A stretch of 64,000 bases of DNA from Rhodosorus marinus CCMP1338 (lineage: Eukaryota > Plantae > Rhodophyta): positions 62,001-126,000 of the forward strand of contig JAMWBK010000011.1 of NCBI GenBank assembly GCA_029953675.1, read 5' to 3'. Position numbers and translations under genes: made by a program. The notes beneath the pieces are model-generated. The model saw only the letters and a program-made list of their open reading frames with translations. It did no database searches and was not told the DNA's origin. This document shows, piece after piece, positions 34,253 to 45,879 of the stretch (the first letter of the stretch is position 1; each line of letters begins with the position of its first letter).

Positions 34253-36466
34253 CTATGCCGGTGGCTGTATCTGCTGAAATGACCCTGTAACGACTTCTCT
34301 CCCGCCCTCCTCTCTTGGCGGATCCATGAGAAACTCGTATGTGTACGCGTATCCTAGTCCAAGCTCGCTCGGGAAGGTACTGGAGCTCGCGAGTACAGAG
34401 TGAATCCACTCCGTTGTCGTCATCGGCACCTTCACAGATACATTCAGCTTTCGATAGATCCAGTACTCGCTAAGGAACCGCACTAGCGCAACCAGCATCG
34501 CAGCAACGGTAACAGATAGCACGGTAATCAGGCCAATGATGTATTCGGGCAAAAGCACAGCCACGGTTCTCCTCTCCCCAGTCTTCACAGCTCTTGTTTG
34601 GGAGGACACCTGGGTCGAGATCCCAAATATTAATTCCCTCATCGCGGTGTTCAGTCGGCCAGCAAAGATTCGACCTCGCATGCTACCCCTGTGTGAGAAC
34701 CGGTTAAGTTCTGGATAGTAGAGTTTGAAGATCTCCTCGACATTCCGAAGGGCAGCGTCAACTACGCTCGGCTCGCCGCCTTCTACTTCCACTCGCAAGA
34801 AAGACACATCGTTTCTAGTCTTAATTTTTGTCAAACCCTCATTCTTAACTTTCGTTGCATCTGCAACCCAACTCTCTCCGTCGTAGTACAGATTCTTTGG
34901 TCCGTATTGACACCAAAGCTTATCATTCACGTTGTTCCTCGGAACGCACGCAATCTCAAGTGAAAAACCAACAAACAAAGCAGTGCTCTCGCTAGGGATG
35001 CTCTTGTCTATAAACTCATCATATCTCTCCAATAATTTCTTACCACACTCGCTCTGCTGGTCAACCGGTGCGATCATGTTCACAATCTCAAACCCGAATT
35101 CTCGGGTTTCTGCCTGGCCATCTTCTGTTTCCTTGAAGACCTCTTCGGAGCGCTGCCGTTTTACCGACACCCAAGACGCACTGAAACGGTCACAAAACAC
35201 CTCGATCACTTCCTCTTCGTCCTCTTCGTTTTCTGCTGCTACCTTCTCCAGCAAGTGGAGCTCGAGGTCGAGATCGTACGCGTTTGACTCCTCCACGTCG
35301 AAGGGACTGAGGTAAAGATAACTCCTATCCGCTGGGCGATGCACATTCCTCTCTTCTCGCAGAGAAAGCGTAGTTTTCGTGTCGGCAAAAATGCCCCTCT
35401 TCATTCTTCCCAGGTCCACGATCTTGACAGTTTGCTTTGCTCCCGGATCGTAGTTCACGTGGCTGTCGACAATGAGTTCCGCATAACTATAATTTGCGCT
35501 CAGCTTTCCCACCGCCTTTTCCGGAGTCAGTAAGGATACCGTCGATGCTTCCTGATTTTCATCCTTAAAGCTCTTAAATGATGAGTATTCAACCTGCGAC
35601 TCCGCACGCCTCTCGGCATCGACGTCCCTCTCAAGGCTCGCGTTCTCAAGCCCAACTGCCGTAGTCCTAACAGTCCGCTGCGCTCGCATGTCTATCTTCA
35701 CCTCCCGAACAAAGAACTTCTCCAGCACACAATTGTCCTTCGTCAGATTGAAGTTTCCGTCAAAGTCCCCTGCATTATCAAATGCTTGAAACTTGCAGTC
35801 GGGGCGAACTATTGTGTTGTCATCTCGATCAATGCACTTGTAATCCAGCTTCAGCCCCTCCAGAAAGTCAACTTGTGACACGGAAGGCGAGTGGTACAGC
35901 ACGCGTGCAAAGCTCATGCCCTCCCGAAGACGCTCAAAGCTCACGCTTTCCTGTGCATCGACCGAATCCCTGCACCTATCAATCGACTGTTCTCGCTCAA
36001 TGCAATCATTCAGCTGCTCCGTAAAGTTTAGACGACCCATAAGGGCCACAATTTCTGAATTGTCGGATAGCCCAGTCATATCGAACTCAGCCGTAGTGTT
36101 CGTGGACTCTATCACTTCCTTGTAGTCGAGACCATAGTCAATCAGCACATGCATGAGAATCAGCGAGATCGTAAAGAGCAAGGAAATCACGGAGATTCCT
36201 ATGTAGATGCGGAACTGCAACTGCTCATCTCTGGTTAACACGTTTCTCCTCCTGAGCTTTCGGAATTTTCTCCACCCGTGGGTCAGGTAAGATATAGAGC
36301 CAATGTTCTCGAATGAAAAAACCCGCCGTCCATTCCGTATATTCCTTTTCATGTCCAGTTCCGTCAAAACCACCATAACCCTTATCCAAATCACCTGAAG
36401 CACCAACAGAACAATATCCGTCAGGATATTCACTGTGGTGGGATCCATATTGAGTACAACCGCCAT
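34253..36466 (-). CDS. Unknown 3-TM, large-ectodomain membrane protein, paralogue 6 of 6 (737 aa)
   Basis: Subfamily of paralogues 4-5 (MDPTTVNILTD, FSFENIGSISY, LREGMSFARVLY, RGRIF, EYIIGL, VPMTTTEWI), with an acidic insertion ENEEDEEE. Confidence 0.9.
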   Translation of the reverse strand: MAVVLNMDPTTVNILTDIVLLVLQVIWIRVMVVLTELDMKRNIRNGRRVFSFENIGSISYLTHGWRKFRKLRRRNVLTRDEQLQFRIYIGISVISLLFTISLILMHVLIDYGLDYKEVIESTNTTAEFDMTGLSDNSEIVALMGRLNFTEQLNDCIEREQSIDRCRDSVDAQESVSFERLREGMSFARVLYHSPSVSQVDFLEGLKLDYKCIDRDDNTIVRPDCKFQAFDNAGDFDGNFNLTKDNCVLEKFFVREVKIDMRAQRTVRTTAVGLENASLERDVDAERRAESQVEYSSFKSFKDENQEASTVSLLTPEKAVGKLSANYSYAELIVDSHVNYDPGAKQTVKIVDLGRMKRGIFADTKTTLSLREERNVHRPADRSYLYLSPFDVEESNAYDLDLELHLLEKVAAENEEDEEEVIEVFCDRFSASWVSVKRQRSEEVFKETEDGQAETREFGFEIVNMIAPVDQQSECGKKLLERYDEFIDKSIPSESTALFVGFSLEIACVPRNNVNDKLWCQYGPKNLYYDGESWVADATKVKNEGLTKIKTRNDVSFLRVEVEGGEPSVVDAALRNVEEIFKLYYPELNRFSHRGSMRGRIFAGRLNTAMRELIFGISTQVSSQTRAVKTGERRTVAVLLPEYIIGLITVLSVTVAAMLVALVRFLSEYWIYRKLNVSVKVPMTTTEWIHSVLASSSTFPSELGLGYAYTYEFLMDPPREEGGREVVTGSFQQIQPPA

Positions 36467-36869
36467 CTTTCAACAGCACACCAGCTCAACAGAATGCAGT
36501 GCCCTTGTCTTGTTCACCCCGTTGCGTCGTGCTGAAACCGCACACAACCAAAACAAAACTCCGGGAAAAATCAAACCCTCACGCGCACTAACGGGAGGAA
36601 CAGAAACAGAACGACATAACCCACGCAAGGAACTAACATTCCATTTTTCCTCCCTCGGAACCAACAGGAACAGTCCAAAGCAACCCCACGCTATCCACTC
36701 GTCCCCGCTCCCCCGGGGACAAAAGCAAAGACACAACTCAAAAGGCACTCCAGCCTTTCACCATCATTTCAAGTTTTCCTTTCAATCCAGCACTTCCCAT
36801 AGCCCAAGAAAAGGAAAAACTCAATACCAACTCCCTGTAACCATCCTCCTCCAAGTCCTTAGACTCTCC

Positions 36870-36923
36870 CCCTCCAAACCCTCCAAACCCTCCAAACCCT
36901 CCAAACCCTTCAAAACCCCCAAA
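36870..36923. repeat. (CCCTCCAAA)4 plus degenerate copies
   Basis: Four exact 9-mers at 36870-36905, followed by cccttcaaa and acccccaaa. Confidence 0.85.
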
Positions 36924-38316
36924 GCAACTTTTCCACCTTCAAACTCCTAACCCCTAACTCCAAAAGTCTGTGTACCCTGTCAGAAAAGCAACGCCCATTC
37001 CCGTTACCAATATTATGAGTCCTCGAATCGTAAAAAACCATAACAAGATCGATACTTAATTTTCATTATACATATATAGGCACCAGTATGAACGATATAT
37101 TCGCTCAAAAGTTGCTACGATGTTTGAAAATTATTTGATTTTCATACACGAGGTCGGAGCGCGTCCGGTCCAGTTGACTCGTAATCAGGTGTTGACGATA
37201 TCGTATTTCTAGATCGTGGGAATATAGTACTTTCCATATTTTACTACTAAAAGATATCTAGTAGGGTTTATTACGACTCGAAGACCAGATATTGGCTTAG
37301 GTACTAGATAGGGGCTGACCAAGCTGGGGTTTTGTTTATTTCGAAAATGATTGAAGAGGTTAGATGCTTACATTAATTTGGCAGGTCATATCTGCGTACA
37401 GTACGATTTCGCCAGGATACATTCTTAATTTGGAATTAACTCTTAACTTGTGGAATAACTCGGAAGAGAAGCTGCTTTTTTCTTAGCTTTTTCCTCCAAT
37501 GCATAAGCGATCATATTTTAGAATTTTTGCGCTAGAAGTTTTGCTAAACTTAAAATTTATAATAATCTTGTCCCCAGGAGTTTGAGGATTGGGCTATATT
37601 TTGTTGTTACTTTAAATTTCTTGATACAATCATTGCCCGCCAACAGAATGCGGAGTCAGCAGCAACTCCGCAGGGTCTTCCTTTCCTAGCAATGACGGCA
37701 GTGCTAGCAGTCTCTGGCTCTCCTAGCTAAACATATTCTAGGGGGTTACCTCAGTAAATACTGAGCTGCAGTCATGGGTGTAACTAGTATGAGTGGAGGG
37801 ACAGAATGTTTGTTCGCTTCACAGTACGAGTCTGCGCAACTGAGAGAAACTATATCTCAAGGATCTCCATTGTGCCATATTCCCGGAGTAAGGCCTCAAC
37901 TCGAGTTAGGCTTCAGAAGGAGAGGGCGGCTACGGTGTCTCTGGTTGGGCCACCCACCAAAACCAGGGATCCATCTCCCTCCCCAATACCTGCTTTTCCA
38001 ACCCCTTTCACAGATAACTGCTTGGAGCACCTCAATTCAACGAGAATGCTCGTCTCTAACGTCTAGTTACCAAGGTCCTGTGACGCGCACATGCACAATT
38101 AGCAGAGGCCGAGTCAATCCCTCTGGTTTCTCCTCAGACCGCAAGACAGTCAGCCCAAAGATCCACGTTGGAAACAGCCTGTCTCGTTTCTACCTATAAG
38201 CGGGAGCAGCCTGAGGAGGATGCTTGTGGCGTTGTCTTGTGATGAACTGAGCAGCGAAGGGGAGGTTTGTTTGTTTTTCCTCAGGAAGTTTTGATGATCT
38301 TTCAGTACTTGATAGA

Positions 38317-39566
38317 ATGTCTACCACGCCATCAGCTCTTCCTCTGGGAGGAACTGCGCCGCGCTCATCTGGACGATGGTTGAAGGTAAGGGAATGCGGA
38401 CGACGGGCTTTGAAAGCGATATCTATTGTGGCAGACTGGTTTTGAACTTTCGTCTTATTATATACTCTAAAGGCTGCGAATTGTACTGATCTGTTTGTTT
38501 CCGATTCCTAGAATATGCCAGAGTATATAAGAAGAGCAATAAACTATCCACAGATGGACGTGGACTATACAGTCTGGCAGATGGTCTACCTGTGCTTGGC
38601 ACCTGCAAAGGTCTACAGGACTACAAAGTATCACCGTCAGACAAAGAACCAGTGGGCTAGAGATGGTAAGAGATTCCCCCGAAAATGCTCACATCATGGG
38701 GACGTCTCCTATGTGGAGCGAGGAAAGAAACTACTCGCTGAAAACCGCTGAGCCTCGTATTGTCTTGGTGATTCCCTTAGATCCCGCGTTTGTGGCAATT
38801 ATTGTTCTTCTCATGGCGATTTCCTCGCTCGCGTATGCGATCGCCTTTCATCGGAACTTTTTCGGATTCCTCAAGGCAGTGTTCTTCTCTGTGGTCATCG
38901 ATTTCCTCCTCGCCGGAGTTGTTCTTTCCACCATCATGTGGTGGGTCGCAAACACATACCTGAGAATCGACAGTACAGTAAGGTTACTACATCATGAAGA
39001 CGCTTCACAGCGTGTTCTCCTCCAAAGCATTCGCTAATGACCAACGAAAAAAACCCTTTAGGGCACACACGCGACTGAACAATATGTGGAATGGATGTAC
39101 TCCTTCGACGTCCACTGCAACTCCTATTTCCCTTTCTTCATGATCGTAAATGTCGGGCAATATTTTCTTCTGCCTCTCTTCCTTCGAAAAGGTGAGAAGG
39201 AAAACGTTTGCCTTTCCAGTGGGCGATATCGTGATCACTAATATATTCCCAACCGAACAGGAATGCTCTGGGCGATCTTTGCAAACCTTCTCTACTGCTG
39301 TGCAGGCGCGTATTATACCTTTGTAACTTTCCTGGGATACGATATTCTCCCTTTCCTACAACATACGACAGTATTTCTGTATCCGATACCTGCTGTGAGT
39401 AGTCCGACATTGACCAAGTGCTGCCAGACGGGAACCAGTCTGAATTCGGGCCTCTGACGATTTAATTCTTGTTTTTGTAACGACGCAGTGCGGCTTCTTC
39501 TTCATCATCACGACCGCAATGAGAATCAATATCTGTAGAGCAGTCATGGCCTTTTACTTTACCTGA
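38317..39566 (+). CDS. UNC50: UNC-50/GMH1 Golgi/ER membrane protein (about 6 exons)
   Basis: Spliced reading gives EYIRRAINYPQMDVDYTVWQMVYLC..P.KVYR..YHRQTKNQWARDDPAF, EQYVEWMYSFDVHCNSYFP and FLGYDILPFL. All introns are GT-AG. Confidence 0.93.
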
Positions 39567-40309
39567 ATATCTAACCCATCCCTTCATCAGCGAACGCGGC
39601 CGCAGAGCAGTACTTGCTAGACCAGGTCGCAAACTATACGACCGGTAGGGACTTACGGGAGCACCCAGCTTCGGGCAGAGCTCAAGCAAACATGTACAGT
39701 GCAATCGGAGCTCATCGGCTGCGCCGAAGAAACTCGCAAACCCGGAAACGAGGTCTTTCCCCCCCTGTTATGCCGCGAACCAATATCAATAGACGCAGTT
39801 CGGATGGGCCTCTGTGATTGTTCAAATGTATCTTCTACTAAACACCTGCTAATGTCATTGCTCAGAGATCCTTTAACTGAGGCATAGCAGCGGTAATGGC
39901 GTGCATGATTTTGCCAATCCGTTCCATTAGATCCTATTAGAGACTACAAAGGGACTGCCTAGTTCCGTCCATTGATGTCAACTTGCGTTCCGGACCCAAA
40001 AGGATGGTTACGATCTGGCTGAATTGGTCCTGACCCTTCACGCACAAGCTAGGCGAGGTTTGGGAGACTCGTTTTTGTGCTTCCGAAATTGTTGACGAGG
40101 TCAGACGAACATACCAGACCAGGGCAGAAGTTTCGTTAATACAAATCCGAGATCAGTATCATCCGGACTTGCAACGAGAAGCAGCGGGGCAGACCCTGAC
40201 TAGTCCTACCTGGTCAATCTCGGGCGATACAATCGGGCGCATGGTGGAGCATCAGTTGAGTTGAGTGTCGAACCGATCCGTGGTAAGGCCTGGACGTCGT
40301 TTACTAAGT

Positions 40310-40874
40310 ATGAGGAGAATGGCTGGGTTCGTAAACTCTGGGAATCTGTTTCGAACAGGTTTTGAGAAAGGTAGATCTCAAATCTGTCCGAGGTCTTCGA
40401 ATTTGGCAAGAGTTTCCATGGCGGAGGAGATCGGCGACGTGTTTGCGGTTGAGATAGGAACTGGTACAGACCTTCATGGACAGGTGAGCGTGACTTGTGA
40501 TTCAGATGCTGCGCAAACAGTGATTCTGACAAATCGTTTGTCTGAAACGCCCCCCTCAGGATGTTACCAAGGCTGCTGTCCGAGCTTGCAGGGATGCTAT
40601 TGCCTTCAACTCCCTCCCCGGTTTGATAAAGGTGCTCCCGAACGGCGACCTCAATAAGATGGTCGTGAAGGTGACGTTAGGCGTGCCAGACGAGTATAGA
40701 GAAAAGGTCGACTTAGATCAAGTCCGGGCTGTATTCCCGTACGGTTCAGTCCTCGTGGACTTGAAACCCGGGGGCCTCGCAATAAGCGCAGGCGTATTCC
40801 TCCCGGACCGAGGAGACACCGATGGAGATGATTCTGTCATCATAGTCAACGCAGCCGTGGAGGTCGGCTCATAG
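40310..40874 (+). CDS. Lin0512-family protein, copy A, with transit-peptide-like N-terminus (1 intron)
   Basis: EIGTGTDLHGQ|DVTKAAVRACRDAIAFNSLPG...VKVTLGVP...VDLDQVRAVFPYG...GGL...IIVNAAVEVG matches the Lin0512 family pattern. N-terminus MRRMAGFVNS... is R/S-rich. Confidence 0.85.
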
Positions 40875-41546
40875 CTCCGGGGTGGATGAAAACGATGAGA
40901 CGCTGAATGACGTGAACGAGAGCTTCACCCAGTCAAACAGCCTCTGGGAGAAAGAGCGATGCTTACAACCGAGTTGCACTTACACAGCTTTAGGGGGGAG
41001 ACAGCTTCGTTCGGTTTGTTTCATGTGGATGGCCGCCTAACGGCTGCCCTCTCACGTGAGATGTCGAATTCAATCAATAAATGATATTGATTCGTAGTCA
41101 ATCATCTGAAACCGACAGTCTGTCCTACAAACGGATACATTGATTGAACATCTGTAATTGATTTGTTTTCAATCATTTTCTAGAATTATGGCATAATTCT
41201 TGAGTTTGCCATTTTCGGAGTGTCAGCATTGTAGCCCACAACATCTCTTCGCGTGCGCTCAACTTGTTCGCTGATATATCTGTCTGGTTCTCCTCTATAT
41301 AAACACGAGCTGTCCATGCAATGTGGTTCTACTCTTTGAAAGTAAGAGAATGGTGAGAAGTGGGTGGGAGCGAAAGATAAGAAAAGTAGATAGCGTAGTC
41401 GTAGCGAACCCTCGACGAAGCAAAATCGGTGCAGACTGCTGGTTCGCAGAAAAGTCCAACTCAGCCAGGGAAGACTGTTGGTTCGTAGGTGGATACTTGG
41501 TGTCTGTGTTGAACAGCCTAGGAAGTCCGACTCTCTCTGGTTTCGA

Positions 41547-42052
41547 ATGAGGCGGATACCTGATCTGAGTAGGGACGTTCGTACAGATCAATCCGCTATG
41601 GTTGTGGATATCAAAGACGTTTTTTTGGTCGAGATTGGAACCGGTACTGACCTTCATGGACAGGTAATCACAGCTCTCCCTTCTCGACCTTTATGGAACG
41701 CTTCTCCTAATCTACTCTCTTTAAATCTTTCCTCCAGAATGTTAGCAAGGCTGCCGTCAGAGCTTGCAAAGATGCGATCGGGTTCAACTCGGTTGTGGGC
41801 TTGAAGAAGTTTCTCCCTAACGAAGACCTCACCAAGATGGTCGTGAAAGTGACTCTTGGCTTACCAGCCGAGTATGTGGGCAAAGTCGATTTAGATCAAG
41901 TGCGGGCGGTCTTTCCATTCGGAACCGTGCTTATCAACGTCAAACCCGGCGGTCTTGCAATAAGAGCTGGTGTTTCCCTTGCGGAACAAGGAGACGCCGA
42001 TGAAGATGAATCTATCATCATAGTCAACGCAGCCGTGCAGGTTGGCTCATAA
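41547..42052 (+). CDS. Lin0512-family protein, copy B (1 intron at the same position)
   Basis: EIGTGTDLHGQ|NVSKAAVRACKDAIGFNSVVG...IIVNAAVQVGS*. The first in-frame ATG is 41547 (in-frame TAG upstream at 41391); the start is uncertain. Confidence 0.8.
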
Positions 42053-42405
42053 CCAAGCACCGCCGTCTCATGGTTGGGCGCTGAATGAAAAACGACAAGA
42101 CGACGCAACGAGAGCTTCAAGAGGCCAAAACAGCCACTGGGAGGGAGTGCGATACCGGACAATTGTATATGGGAACGAGTAGGTCCTGCATAGCTTCTTG
42201 GAGACAACTTTGCTTGCTTAACATAGATACCGATGAGCAAATTGATTGAACAAATGGAATAGATTTATTTTCAATTATTTTTGTTCTATGACAGTCTGTC
42301 CCTTAAGTTTTCCGGAAGTAGCTTCATTGTGCCTCCGGCCGTCAGACCACAAGCTTTCGGGAAGCGGGCCTGTTTCTGGTTTCCTCTGATGCAGTTTGTT
42401 TTACT

Positions 42406-43155
42406 CTAGAAAGATTCTCCTTGTGGTTCTGGTTCTTCGATTTCGATCATAGATTTGGAATAGGCGAACGCAACTTCCCCGAGGCACTGGACCTGATCCT
42501 TATCCGCCTCGTCCTCCAGGTATCCGAGCTTGAGACCTTCGGAAGTATTGTAGAGGTAGACGCTAGACAGGTCATTGTCGAAGGCGCCCTCGTTACGTTC
42601 GATGATAGCAATAGAGTCCTGAGCGTCCTCCGTTGCAATATCGACGTCGGGTGGAGAGAACGGTACTGAGATAGCGATGGGGTCGGAGAGATTGAGTGAC
42701 GCCACTGATCCAGGGAGACCGATCAAACCGTTGGAGAAGGAGCCTTCCTCGCTAATAGTGATGGACCCCTGCTTTTGCTTCTTCACAAACGGACCCGCCG
42801 CGATCACACTTTCTGCGTTCGTATCTTCCAACTTCCCGAGGTACGGAACCACTCTCGGCGTGTGATCCGTCAGTTCAACCTTGACAAACGGCATAAACCG
42901 GGATCCCTGACCATGTTTCTTTATCAGGTCGTCCAAACTCAATTCAATCTTCTCCTCAACTGCGCCCTTCAGATTCAAGTTCTCCTGCTTCAGCTTCTCC
43001 AACTCCTGACGCATCCTCTCGACTTCATCCTCCGCTCTGACCCTCACTCCACCCCGACGAACTAACCTAGCCAACCCACCCGTCCTATCCGAGCAACCAC
43101 GACTCACCTTTAACCCAGGTCCAGAAACTCCAAAACAAAACGCTGCCAAATCCAT
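42406..43155 (-). CDS. Unknown protein with probable plastid transit peptide and short coiled coil (249 aa, intronless)
   Basis: MDLAAFCFGVS...RRGGVRVRA| transit-like leader, EDEVERMRQELEKLKQEN coiled coil, then an acidic beta-rich domain. Confidence 0.75.
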   Translation of the reverse strand: MDLAAFCFGVSGPGLKVSRGCSDRTGGLARLVRRGGVRVRAEDEVERMRQELEKLKQENLNLKGAVEEKIELSLDDLIKKHGQGSRFMPFVKVELTDHTPRVVPYLGKLEDTNAESVIAAGPFVKKQKQGSITISEEGSFSNGLIGLPGSVASLNLSDPIAISVPFSPPDVDIATEDAQDSIAIIERNEGAFDNDLSSVYLYNTSEGLKLGYLEDEADKDQVQCLGEVAFAYSKSMIEIEEPEPQGESF

Positions 43156-44339
43156 TTCTTCCCAACTCTGGATCAGACTCTCAAAGCCGTCTTTGCACTA
43201 TACCAAAGCTCTTACAGAAGAAGAACACCCTCAGACTACCAAAACGAGATCCACCGCCCTCTCCTGCCTCAAAACCCTAGCCCAACTTCACGCCCGACCT
43301 TGGACAATGATCACCGGCGCCAGCAATGAAGCAGCTTGCCGCCGATTTTGGTCCTCTTAGGACAATGCTTCGCCTCCGGCGAAGCTGGAGTCGCAGTGTC
43401 GGTTATCGAGTAGTTGGGAGAGCCTGACGATTTGCTGTCTAATACTTTCAGGTGATGAAAGGGCTTGTGGAGATTTTGGATAGATCTTAACTGTCTGCTG
43501 CTGCTTCATGGGAAAGACAAACTTCGCCGAAGGCGAGGCTTGACGCGCAGCTCGCGCGGATAGCATGGTGAGGCTTTGCAAAGCTTTACCTTAGCGTTAA
43601 AAAAAGTTTTTTGGGAGTAGATGGTGAAGCAAGGAGGTTTCTTTGAGAGAATATCGATCTGTTCGCAGCGACCGGAAGTCGTATACTATGTCGTTGCGAA
43701 GTAGCAAATTAAGATGAGTGCATGGTTAAGAATTGTTATTGAAAATGTTTAGAGTTGTGGATAAGCAAGACTTACCAGTTGAGTTTCTTGTATGTTCTAA
43801 GATCATAAATATTACAACATGCGTGCAAGCGCTACCACCTACCATATGAAAATTAACTCAAACAGGCTTCTGTTGGTGAAGCAGCACAGTCCTGTTCTTT
43901 GGGGACGATTTTTTCTGATTCAAGCGGGCCGTAGAGGTTTTCAGTCGACTGATCTTCTGTCCGTTCTCACCCACATTTCTCGCTCCCTCGAAGCGCAACT
44001 GTTCAACCTCCTTCGCGCTACCTTCAGCAATCTCAGGTGAATCTCGTCCGCCGAGATAGTCCCTATTTTCTAAAGAAACCTTACGTCCATTCTCCAATCT
44101 ATTTTATCTCATAATAGGATAACAATACTCTCTCTAAAACATATGTATTCAAATATGGTACGTGAATTTACAAATAACAGCAACCCGGGTTTTTTATAAG
44201 AAGAAACAGATACATCTCAATCTAATTTATCCCCAAATAGACGGATATAATCTCATAAATATTTCAAAATAATTTGTTATTTTAATTGAATCACTATATT
44301 ATTAGATGACATGAACAATTACGTGCCTCCATTGGTGGC

Positions 44340-45162
44340 TTATGATGTGAAGGTGACGGTAGCAATGTGTGGGTTGAAGGATTGGCGGAACTGGTCAATG
44401 TCGATGCACCATTTGAGGTCTGTCTCACCAGCACCCAACCAGAAGTGTGCTGGTTTAAGGTTAAGAATGTTATCAGAAAGTAGAATCGGGATCGAGGTCT
44501 TGGATCCCAGTGGGGTCACAGAGTTATGGGTAAAGCCAGTGAGTTTCTCGACATCGTCCGCGAGTCGAAAGTTGTACTAAACAAATTTAGAGAGAGCAAA
44601 TTGAGAACGGAGTTATTGTGGAGAAGGACATCTGGAGAAGCGATAACAAACTTACATGTTTTGAGGAAATCCCACGACCAGAGTTCAGAACGTCCCTTAC
44701 GTATCTCAGAACATTCTGAGGGTTGAGCCTTCTGGTGTATTGTAAGACCACCATGTAGTATCGATTGTACCTCAAGTCATCCTCGGGAAACCCAAGCTCG
44801 GAGGAGTACTGCTTGTTCTCCATAACTATGCTCTTGCAGAGATGCTCGACGCTCACTAGAAATTTTCATTCCCAAGAAGCATTCGATCTTAGCCTTTCTG
44901 GATTAAAAAATCGGGATTAGACACGCATCCACTCACCAGCTGAGAGGCAATGCCGCCGATAATCAAGATCCCGATCGTAATAGTCCGCACCCACTCTTAC
45001 AAATACACTCGACGAAAGTCCCCTCGACAGAGCGAGTACCCAGATCCGAGCTGCCGACTCATCCAAGCCTTGCTCATCCTCCCGCAGCTTCACTCGAAAC
45101 CTCTCAGCGATCGCTAAACAGCGGCCTTCCAGCTCAGAAAACGATTTCTCGGATACCTCCAT
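44340..45162 (-). CDS. YbaK/ProX-like aminoacyl-tRNA deacylase-domain protein (2 introns)
   Basis: Spliced reading FVRVGADYYDRDLDYRRHCL..SVEHLCKSIVMEN...YYMVVLQYT...YNFRLA...LTGFTHNSVTPLG...IPILL...FWLGAGETDLK matches the plant/algal YbaK-like family. Confidence 0.85.
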
Positions 45163-45879
45163 CGTCTTAAGGAGCACAAAGACTTGTCAAGACCGCAAAA
45201 TAGTTTCCACGAGACCACTAGAAGAAATTAACTCCGTCGAACCCTTCTCAGTGGATTGTTGTCACCATCTCCAACACACGATGAAGATGATGGATCCCCT
45301 ATCGCAAATGCAACCTCAACAGGACTTTTTGAATGGAAGTCGACCGCGAAAACAGAGGAAGACGACCTAATGACTCTTTCCCAATCTACAAAAGAATGGA
45401 GCGAACGATGCTCCGAAGGATTCCAGATCGAGGAGGTCCTTGGTTTGCACCGTAGCGTCCGGGAGTACGAACTGCTTTCAAGTGGTCGTCACGCACACGT
45501 CCACTTAAGTCCGTAAGCTCCTATCCTGATTGCAAAGTTTCAGGATATGAAAACTAGTCAAGGCTGCATGTACACGGATGAGATACCTGCATAGGTGCGG
45601 TGGAACACTTTCTTGGAAAGCTGTGGCGTACTGATCGATGCCGGAGAGGACAGCCACCGCGTATCTACACGACACCTTCAATATCACTGCGAAATACACA
45701 TGATTGTCATTTATGGTACACTACATACATGGTTTGCGTCCTTGGCTCTCCAATGCTTGCTTCTATGTCCATTGCAATGCGGATCGGTCGAGCCAATCCA
45801 GACTCCGATGTACGCCGAATCGAATTGCCTATTGAGCTGCAACATCCCGAGAATTTAGGGCTTCTCGAGCAACCCATTC

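Noticed and set aside
6055-36125. Many 60-140 aa plus-strand ORFs overlapping the six paralogues
   Set aside because: Antisense shadows of real CDSs; their mutual similarity only reflects the paralogy.
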